Source: Octopus sinensis (Eukaryota). From it: 64,000 bases of DNA. Within the stretch, counting starts at the first letter, position 1, and each line of letters starts with the position of its first letter. This document shows positions 1 to 9,503 of the stretch, one piece after another. The stretch is taken from positions 171,182,001 to 171,246,000 of the forward strand of contig NC_042999.1 of assembly GCF_006345805.1 (NCBI RefSeq), in the 5' to 3' direction. Made by a program: the position numbers and the translations under genes. The notes beneath the pieces were generated by a model that was not told where the DNA came from, made no database searches, and saw only the letters and a list, made by a program, of their open reading frames with translations.

Positions 1-924
1 GGCACCAACTCAACTCAGTATCAGAGCGAGCTAGAATCCGCAACTAGTATCACCGAATTCAATTTGTGAATGAAACGATTGTGTCACCAGCCCCTTCCCA
101 CCCGCGTGTAGCCAAAACAAGATGCTGTGGTCATCTACTGAGATAAAATATGGTTATCCGTAATAATGAAGGGTGAAATTAATTAATTTGGAATAATTGC
201 TAAACCCTTTATTGCTTAGTATTACTTAAATTTTCCTCGAATGAGGCTTTTACATGCCGAAGACTACTTGGTGTAATTGATAATTATTCCAAATTAATTA
301 ATTTCACCCTTCATTATTACGGATAACCATATTTTATCTCAGTAGATGACCACAGCATCTTGTTTTGGCTACACGCGGGTGGGAAGGGGCTGGTGACACA
401 ATCGTTTCATTCACAAATTGAATTCGGTGATACTAGTTGCGGATTCTAGCTCGCTCTGATACTGAGTTGAGTTGGTGCCTTCTAGTATCTCAAAATTCAA
501 TATATAATCATTTATGATTATAGTATTCTACGCTGAAGAGAAAAGAAGTTTCGGTAAGATAGAATTATTTAATATTTAATATTTAATTCTTATGCTTTCC
601 TAAAAACTTGATTTCGAAACGTACGTCCGTAGATAACTTAAAAATGTATGATAGATTGCAGTCAATTCATTCTCTCTTACCTGTTTGTGTCTGCCTTCCA
701 ATGCTGTTTTTACTGAGATCTCCCTTTTTAGTAGAAGAAATAGCTATAACCCTTTGACTGCTATTTCTAAATTCGGTATGTGGTAAGGCAATTCGTTGCT
801 AAACCCTTTATTGCTTAGTATTACTTAAATTTTCCTCGAATGAGGCTTTTACATGCCGAAGACTACTTGGTGTAATTGATAATTATTCCAAATTAATTAA
901 TTTCACCCTTCATTATTACGGATA
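1..924 (+). mobile_element. Non-autonomous Penelope-like (pLTR-type) element: 599-bp monomer with terminal redundancy and an inverted upstream copy
   Basis: 1-198 is the reverse complement of 282-479 (83-bp spacer; left arm runs off the window). 197-325 is directly repeated at 796-924 (offset 599). Contains a hammerhead, ends in (TA)n, has no ORF. Inverted plus partial-tandem geometry with a hammerhead is typical of PLE pseudo-LTRs. Confidence 0.75.
527..633 (+). ncRNA. Type I hammerhead ribozyme with extended helix II
   Basis: Helix I TCTACG(527-532)/CGTAGA(628-633); CTGAAGA 533-539; helix II 540-615 closed by GAAA/TTTC, with AAGTTT/AAACTT and AGAATTA/TAATTCT stems; GAAAC 616-620; palindromic GTAC loop; GTC cleavage triplet 625-627. 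Confidence 0.8.
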
Positions 925-944
925 TATATATATATATATAATTA

Positions 945-1105
945 TATTATTTTCTCGTATTCTTTTCTGCTGAAGAGCGTAGGCTCGAACGTAAAAAACT
1001 TTCTCACTTTCCTGAGCCTCAAACTAATACACCTGGTTGTTGTTCATACGCCTGTCTTCTATCTTCGTCTGTTGTTTTTGTTGTAAATTTCAACTAAAAT
1101 TTTAC
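945..1105 (+). mobile_element. Short PLE pLTR-like remnant with degenerate hammerhead-like motif
   Basis: CTGAAGAGC-GTAG-GCTCGAAC at ~970-990 (GAAA lacks one A), pyrimidine-rich downstream segment, flanked by microsatellites. Confidence 0.4.
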
Positions 1106-1125
1106 ACCCACACACACACACTCAT

Positions 1126-1158
<33 letters not shown>

Positions 1159-1160
<2 letters not shown>

Positions 1161-1635
1161 GAATAAATAAAAGAATGGAGTTGAACGACAAAATAACAAA
1201 TTTCCTTTATTTTCGACATATGTTTCGAAGGCTGCATATTCCTAATTGTGGAGGAATAAGGAGTACATTATGCCACTTTCTCATCAGGAAAAACAAGGAA
1301 TTTATGTCAACATTAAGATTTACAAAAATGTTTTAGATGACTGCTCTCACGGAGCGCTATTCCTCCACAATTCCTACTTATTCCTCCACAATTAGGAATA
1401 TGCAACCTTCGAAACATAAGTCGAAAATAAAGGAAATTTGTTAATTTGTCGTTCAACTCCATTATTTCATTTATTCATAAATTTTATAAAAATACACACA
1501 AATTTCCACACGAAAACACGTAGTCTCTGCCCTAGGCACGTAACTTCAACCGTGTTATTTCTGATGTGAATTTGCTACCCAGGTATCGGTTAAACGAATT
1601 ATCTATAAAAAGATATTTCATTTTTCTACTCAAAC
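1159..1635. mobile_element. PLE pLTR-like fragment with inverted duplication
   Basis: ~1159-1260 and ~1377-1478 are near-perfect inverted copies. Bounded by (TA)n on both sides and contains a minus-strand hammerhead. Confidence 0.65.
1210..1292 (-). ncRNA. Type I hammerhead ribozyme (minus strand), extended helix II
   Basis: Minus strand reads TTTTC-CTGATGA-[54-nt helix II: GAA/TTC, GCATA/TATGC, TATTCCT/AGGAATA]-GAAAC-ATAT-GTC-GAAAA. Helix I extends further via TTCCTT/AAGGAA. Confidence 0.78.
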
Positions 1636-1690
<55 letters not shown>

Positions 1691-1693
<3 letters not shown>

Positions 1694-4600
1694 TTAAGGT
1701 ATGTAGAAAAATACAACATGGACAAGAACGTATAACTCATAGAAGACGATACAATAAACATGGACAGGACATTCGAACCCCTCAGTCTTCAGTCAAGAAC
1801 CGGATCATCGTAGTAATTTCGGCTGATTAATCTTGAGATTACTAGATCACGGCCAGCCCTCCAAGAAAAACTAAGCTGGAAGCGTAGATTTCCTGGAAGA
1901 AGGATCGAATGCATACGAACACCAGGACAGCAAAAGGGACAGATAAAAAAAACAAAAAACAATAATGGAATACAGAAACATGAAATACAGAAGCATTAAC
2001 GGTGAAAACAACAAGTGTCTTACGACTGATAACAAGCAAACAAATTTTTTCTCTGGCGCATTGGAAAAAGCCTTTATAGCGGCGGACGAAGAACAACGAT
2101 GTTAACACGACGAGGGTCAGGAGCTGAAAGCAGATTTCGGCCAACAGTCACGTGACAGAGAAGAGGGAAAAGAAAAGAAAGAGAAGCAAAGGAAGAGAGA
2201 GAGAGAGAGAGAAAAAGGGGGACAAAACGCAACAAAGAGAGAGAAGAGAGAGAAAGAAGGAATCAGAGAGGAGAAGGATGAGTGTCGAAGAATGACCTGT
2301 GAGTGCAGAGCGAGACAAAGAAATAGGAGGGTAGTGGAAGACTAGACCAAAGGATCAGAGGAAAGAGAAGATGAATAGAGAGAAAGTAAAAATGAGAGAG
2401 AGAGAGAGAGACAAACAGAGAGTCGTACCAATTATTAAGAATATGTGTTCACATTAATGATAAAGGGGGTACGGGGCGCCTGAATATAAGTTAAGGTATG
2501 TAGAAAAATACAACATGGACAAGAACGTATAACTCATAGAAGACGATACAATAAACATGGACAGGACATTCGAACCCCTCAGTCTTCAGTCAAGAACCGG
2601 ATCATCGTAGTAATTTCGGCTGATTAATCTTGAGATTACTAGATCACGGCCAGCCCTCCAAGAAAAACTAAGCTGGAAGCGTAGATTTCCTGGAAGAAGG
2701 ATCGAATGCATACGAACACCAGGACAGCAAAAGGGACAGATATAAAAAAAAAAAACAATAATGGAATACAGAAACATGAAATACAGAAGCATTAACGGTG
2801 AAAACAACAAGTGTCTTACGACTGATAACAAGCAAACAAATTTTTTCTCTGGCGCATTGGAAAAAGCCTTTATAGCGGCGGACGAAGAACAACGATGTTA
2901 ACACGACGAGGGTCAGGAGCTGAAAGGCAGATTTCGGCCACAGTCACGTGACAGAGAAGAGGGAAAAGAAAAGAAAGAGAAGCAAAGGAAGAGAGAGAGA
3001 GAGAAAAAGGGGGACAAAACGCAACAAAGAGAGAGAAGAGAGAGAAAGAAGGAATCAGAGAGGAGAAGGGATGGGTGTCGAAGAATGACCTGTGAGTGCA
3101 GAGCGAGACAAAGAAATAGGAGGGTAGTGGAAGACTAGACCAAGGATCAGAGGAAAGAGAAGATGAATAGAGAGAAAGTAAAAATGAGAGAGAGAGAGAG
3201 ACAAACAGAGAGTCGTACCAATTATTAAGAATATGTGTTCACATTAATGATAAAGGGGGTACGGGGCGCCTGAATATAAGTTAAGGTATGTAGAAAAATA
3301 CAACATGGACAAGAACGTATAACTCATAGAAGACGATACAATAAACATGGACAGGACATTCGAACCCCTCAGTCTTCAGTCAAGAACCGGATCATCGTAG
3401 TAATTTCGGCTGATTAATCTTGAGATTACTAGATCACGGCCAGCCCTCCAAGAAAAACTAAGCTGGAAGCGTAGATTTCCTGGAAGAAGGATCGAATGCA
3501 TACGAACACCAGGACAGCAAAAGGGACAGATATAAAAAAAACAAAAAACAATAATGGAATACAGAAACATGAAATACAGAAGCATTAACGGTGAAAACAA
3601 CAAGTGTCTTACGACTGATAACAAGCAAACAAATTTTTTCTCTGGCGCATTGGAAAAAGCCTTTATAGCGGCGGACGAAGAACAACGATGTTAACACGAC
3701 GAGGGTCAGGAGCTGAAAGGCAGATTTCGGCCAACAGTCACGTGACAGAGAAGAGGGAAAAGAAAAGAAAGAGAAGCAAAGGAAGAGAGAGAGAGAGAAA
3801 AAGGGGGACAAAACGCAACAAAGAGAGAGAAGAGAGAGAAAGAAGGAATCAGAGAGGAGAAGGGATGGGTGTCGAAGAATGACCTGTGAGTGCAGAGCGA
3901 GACAAAGAAATAGGAGGGTAGTGGAAGACTAGACCAAAGGATCAGAGGAAAGAGAAGATGAATAGAGAGAAAGTAAAAATGAGAGAGAGAGAGAGACAAC
4001 AGAGAGTCGTACCAATTATTAAGAATATGTGTTCACATTAATGATAAAGGGGGTACGGGGCGCCTGGAATATAAGTTAAGGTATGTAGAAAAATACAACA
4101 TGGACAAGAACGTATAACTCATAGAAGACGATACAATAAACATGGACAGGACATTCGAACCCCTCAGTCTTCAGTCAAGAACCGGATCATCGTAGTAATT
4201 TCGGCTGATTAATCTTGAGATTACTAGATCACGGCCAGCCCTCCAAGAAAAACTAAGCTGGAAGCGTAGATTTCCTGGAAGAAGGATCGAATGCATACGA
4301 ACACCAGGACAGCAAAAGGGACAGATATAAAAAAAAAAAAAACAATAATGGAATACAGAAACATGAAATACAGAAGCATTAACGGTGAAAACAACAAGTG
4401 TCTTACGACTGATAACAAGCAACAAATTTTTTCTCTGGCGCATTGGAAAAAGCCTTATAGCGGCGGACGAAGAACAACGATGTTAACACGACGAGGGTCA
4501 GGAGCTGAAAGGCAGATTTCGGCCAACAGTCACGTGACAGAGAAGAGGGAAAAGAAAAGAAAGAGAAGCAAAGGAAGAGAGAGAGAGAGAGAGAAAAAGG

Positions 4601-6827
4601 GGGACAAAACGCAACAAAGAGAGAGAAGAGAGAGAAAGAAGGAATCAGAGAGGAGAAGGGATGAGTGTCGAAGAATGACCTGTGAGTGCAGAGCGAGACA
4701 AAGAAATAGGAGGGTAGTGGAAGACTAGACCAAAGGATCAGAGGAAAGAGAAGATGAATAGAGAGAAAGTAAAAATGAGAGAGAGAGAGAGACAAACAGA
4801 GAGTCGTACCAATTATTAAGAATATGTGTTCACATTAATGATAAAGGGGGTACGGGGCGCCTGAATATAAGTTAAGGTATGTAGAAAAATACAACATGGA
4901 CAAGAACGTATAACTCATAGAAGACGATACAATAAACATGGACAGGACATTCGAACCCCTCAGTCTTCAGTCAAGAACCGGATCATCGTAGTAATTTCGG
5001 CTGATTAATCTTGAGATTACTAGATCACGGCCAGCCCTCCAAGAAAAACTAAGCTGGAAGCGTAGATTTCCTGGAAGAAGGATCGAATGCATACGAACAC
5101 CAGGACAGCAAAAGGGACAGATAAAAAAAAAACAAAAAACAATAATGGAATACAGAAACATGAAATACAGAAGCATTAACGGTGAAAACAACAAGTGTCT
5201 TACGACTGATAACAAGCAAACAAATTTTTTCTCTGGCGCATTGGAAAAAGCCTTTATAGCGGCGGACGAAGAACAACGATGTTAACACGACGAGGGTCAG
5301 GAGCTGAAAGGCAGATTTCGGCCAACAGTCACGTGAAAGAGAAGAGGGAAAAGAAAAGAAAGAGAAGCAAAGGAAGAGAGAGAGAGAGAAAAAGGGGGAC
5401 AAAACGCAACAAAGAGAGAGAAGAGAGAGAAAGAAGGAATCAGAGAGGAGAAGGGATGGGTGTCGAAGAATGACCTGTGAGTGCAGAGCGAGACAAAGAA
5501 ATAGGAGGGTAGTGGAAGACTAGACCAAAGGATCAGAGGAAAGAGAAGATGAATAGAGAGAAAGTAAAAATGAGAGAGAGAGAGAGACAAACAGAGAGTC
5601 GTACCAATTATTAAGAATATGTGTTCACATTAATGATAAAGGGGGTACGGGGCGCCTGGAATATAAGTTAAGGTATGTAGAAAAATACAACATGGACAAG
5701 AACGTATAACTCATAGAAGACGATACAATAAACATGGACAGGACATTCGAACCCCTCAGTCTTCAGTCAAGAACCGGATCATCGTAGTAATTTCGGCTGA
5801 TTAATCTTGAGATTACTAGATCACGGCCAGCCCTCCAAGAAAAACTAAGCTGGAAGCGTAGATTTCCTGGAAGAAGGATCGAATGCATACGAACACCAGG
5901 ACAGCAAAAGGGACAGATATAAAAAAAACAAAAAACAATAATGGAATACAGAAACATGAAATACAGAAGCATTAACGGTGAAAACAACAAGTGTCTTACG
6001 ACTGATAACAAGCAAACAAATTTTTTCTCTGGCGCATTGGAAAAAGCCTTTATAGCGGCGGCGGACGAAGAACAACGATGTTAACACGACGAGGGTCAGG
6101 AGCTGAAAGCAGATTTCGGCCAACAGTCACGTGACAGAGAAGAGGGAAAAGAAAAGAAAGAGAAGCAAAGGAAGAGAGAGAGAGAGAAAAAGGGGGACAA
6201 AACGCAACAAAGAGAGAGAAGAGAGAGAAAGAAGGAATCAGAGAGGAGAAGGGATGGTGTCGAAGAATGACCTGTGAGTGCAGAGCGAGACAAAGAAATA
6301 GGAGGGTAGTGGAAGACTAGACCAAGGATCAGAGGAAAGAGAAGATGAATAGAGAGAAAGTAAAAATGAGAGAGAGAGACAAACAGAGAGTCGTACCAAT
6401 TATTAAGAATATGTGTTCACATTAATGATAAAGGGGGTACGGGGCGCCTGGAATATAAGTTAAGGTATGTAGAAAAATACAACATGGACAAGAACGTATA
6501 ACTCATAGAAGACGATACAATAAACATGGACAGGACATTCGAACCCCTCAGTCTTCAGTCAAGAACCGGATCATCGTAGTAATTTCGGCTGATTAATCTT
6601 GAGATTACTAGATCACGGCCAGCCCTCCAAGAAAAACTAAGCTGGAAGCGTAGATTTCCTGGAAGAAGGATCGAATGCATACGAACACCAGGACAGCAAA
6701 AGGGACAGATATAAAAAAAACAAAAAACAATAATGGAATACAGAAACATGAAATACAGAAGCATTAACGGTGAAAACAACAAGTGTCTTACGACTGATAA
6801 CAAGCAAACAAATTTTTTCTCTGGCGC

Positions 6828-6830
<3 letters not shown>
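1691..6830 (-). repeat. Head-to-tail tandem array of a ~795-bp non-coding PLE-derived unit (6 full units plus a 374-bp partial unit)
   Basis: Unit start AAGTTAAGGTATGTAG recurs at 1691, 2488, 3278, 4073, 4869, 5665 and 6457. Units are nearly identical and flanked by (TA)n at both ends. Homologous to the monomer at 34591-35130. Strand is inferred from the hammerhead-like motif. Confidence 0.9.
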
Positions 6831-6863
<33 letters not shown>

Positions 6864-6866
<3 letters not shown>

Positions 6867-7026
6867 GACAGGCCTCTTTCAGTTTCCGTCTACCAAATCC
6901 ACTCACAAGGCATTGGTCGGCCCGGGGCTATAGCAGAAAACACTTGCCCAAAATGCCACGCAGTGGGACTGAACCCGGAACCATGTGGCTGGTTAGCAAG
7001 CTACTTACCACAGCCACTCCTGCGCC
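6864..7026 (-). mobile_element. tRNA-derived SINE family A, head portion
   Basis: Minus strand starts GGCGCAGGAGTGGCTGTGGTAAG (A-box-like) with GGGTTCAGTCCC (B-box-like). Many copies in the window. Confidence 0.8.
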
Positions 7027-7057
7027 TACATATGTATGTATACATACATATATACAT

Positions 7058-7171
7058 CGGGTTCAGTCCCACTGCGTGTCATCTTGGGCAAGTGTCTTCT
7101 GCCATAGCCCCGGGCCGACCAATGCCTTGTGAGTAGATTTGGGAGACGGAAACTGAAAGAGGCCTGTCGTA

Positions 7172-7246
<75 letters not shown>

Positions 7247-7470
7247 TGTGTGTGTGTGTTTCTGTGTCTGTCTTTGTCCTCCTAGCATTGCTTGACAACC
7301 GATGCTGGTGTATTTACGTCCCCGTCACTTAGCGGTTCGGCAAAAGAGACCGATACAATAAGTACTGGTCTTACAAAGAATAAGTCCCGGGGTCAATTTG
7401 CTCGACTAAAGGTGGTGCTCTAGCATGGCCGCTGTCAAATGACTGAAACAAGTAAAAGAGTAAAAGAGTA
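7058..7470 (+). mobile_element. SINE family A (5'-truncated, internal TA/TG microsatellite)
   Basis: GGGTTCAGTCCCACTGCG...GACGGAAACTGAAAGA, internal (TA)n(TG)n, 3' GACTGAAACAAGTAAAAGAG. Matches the copies at 27.7, 28.0 and 40.5 kb. Confidence 0.85.
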
Positions 7471-7536
7471 AGTGTATATATATATGTGTGTGTATATATA
7501 TATATATATAGACACATACATACATACATACATACA

Positions 7537-7569
<33 letters not shown>

Positions 7570-7978
7570 TTACAGAAAACTGCTTCTTCGCCGGTAGACT
7601 TCTAACTGACGCAGTGGAAATAACTCACTCAAAGCGCCATGTGTTAGAAGATCTGAAAGTCATAGTCATATAGAAGCGAGACCAGACTCTCGGATGTTGT
7701 TATACGCTGGTTTTCATAGTGCCGTTCTGCACACTGTTAAGTTTTTCAAATGACACCACCCAACTGGCCAAACGTGCAGCCTTACATTCCATTGCAGGGT
7801 TACACATTTACAGTTGAATACACTGGAGTGAAGGGAAATGGTGTTTTGCTTTAGAACGCAACGCACAACCGGTCTGGGAATCAATACCATGTTCATGCGA
7901 TCGTCAGTGCATCGCGCTAACCACCAGGTCATCTGCATTCACACACATATATGTATTCTAATATAAATATAAATACAT

Positions 7979-8054
<76 letters not shown>

Positions 8055-9219
8055 GAAATGAGGTAATCAGAAGATCGGATGGTTCATATTTATAGATATT
8101 TATTTATATATTACATTTTTTACATATATATATCATATCATTTAGATCATATCATTCAGATTATTAGCACTTTCTCCCATTCTAGTGGGGTTTTCAAATC
8201 AAAATAATTCCTTTGTGGGGAATTTAATAATTTTATAGAGTTTCGTAGTTGTGGGGAGGGACAAGACAGTACAAGAGGGTGAAGTGGATGAGGAGGAAGT
8301 GAGAGAGAGACACACACACAGACAAAAACACACACAAAATAATGAAAGGGTAATAGTTCAGCTGCTCCGCCGTCGTACAGTTCGGTAATTCCGTCTAAGA
8401 AATGCATAAATATTTTCAATGAATTAAGCTGCCACTTTGTTCGAGAAAGTTAACATGCAGCCAAGATGTAACTGTTACCAATTCTCCAATAAAACTGGAG
8501 AAAATATGACCTACTTTTTTCATGAATTTCACGCAAAAATTTAACTTTTCACCTTCAAGAAATTTTGATGGAAGTTAGTTGTCACAGCGACTTCTATTGA
8601 AATATTTCAATCTTTTCAGACAACATCACGAAAATAATTTTTTTCCATAATGCTTGATTAGTGAAAAAATATATTTTATAAGCGTAAATTGAGTTATGAA
8701 CATATTTGATCAACTCTAGATGGTATAATTCCGATGGGTGAGATTACAGAAATAACTCAAATGGACTTTGTCTCGGAATTCAAATTTTCGAGATAGGTGA
8801 TGTATTGAAATCACAGAGGCAAATATTTCTGAACGAAATAAAATTCGGTTGTTATTTGTAAAATAAAGCGAAAAACCTAACGGTACTTTTACTGAATCTC
8901 GCAGGAAACAGGAGAAATTAATAAAATTCAGTATTAATTTCAAAGAATGATTAATTGCAATGCTTAGGAGGGATTCTAACTCTTTGGATTGCCAGCTAGG
9001 CTATAATTTTTTAAAAATTTCGTAATTATTATTACTGGTCTTTTTTGTGTTTGTTTGTTTTACTTCTAATATAGAGAAATTTTCAATTGAGAATATTTCC
9101 TCTAGTCACCTAGCAGATACTGCCTACATGGATTCTATGTTTACATGCATAGACATATCTTCATATGTATGTAAGCATGTATGTATGCATGTATGTGTGT
9201 ATTACTTTTTACTTTCCAA

Positions 9220-9503
9220 CTCACTATGTTATGGAGACGTAAACACACCAGTAACGGTTGTAAAACATTGGTGGAAACATACACAAACACAAAGACTCAT
9301 AAACACACACCAAACATGGGAACATCACGCGCACACACATACATATATGGATAAAAGACGGGCTTCTTTCAGTTTCCGTCTATCAAATCCACTCACATCT
9401 CTTTGGTCGTCCCGACAGGCTACAGCTGAAAACATTTGCTGAAAGTGCTACACAGTGGGGCTGAACTTAGAACCATGTGATACAGGAGTAAGTTTCTTAC
9501 CAC
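9220..9503 (-). mobile_element. SINE family A, diverged
   Basis: GACGGGCTTCTTTCAGTTTCCGTCTATCAAATCCACTCAC matches the family A reverse complement. Confidence 0.7.

Noticed and set aside
236-270. CGAATGAGGC..GCCGAAGAC hammerhead-like motif (also at ~835-870)
   Set aside because: The core deviates from both CUGANGA and GAAA, so at most a decayed motif.
1842-6803. Recurrent 80-145 aa ORFs in the tandem array
   Set aside because: Frames change between units with homopolymer indels, the composition is low-complexity (F/L/S or R/E/K), and no domain is recognisable.
1691-6830. CRISPR or rDNA/snRNA array interpretation
   Set aside because: No short repeat with unique spacers, and no recognisable 5S, U snRNA, tRNA or histone sequence in the unit.
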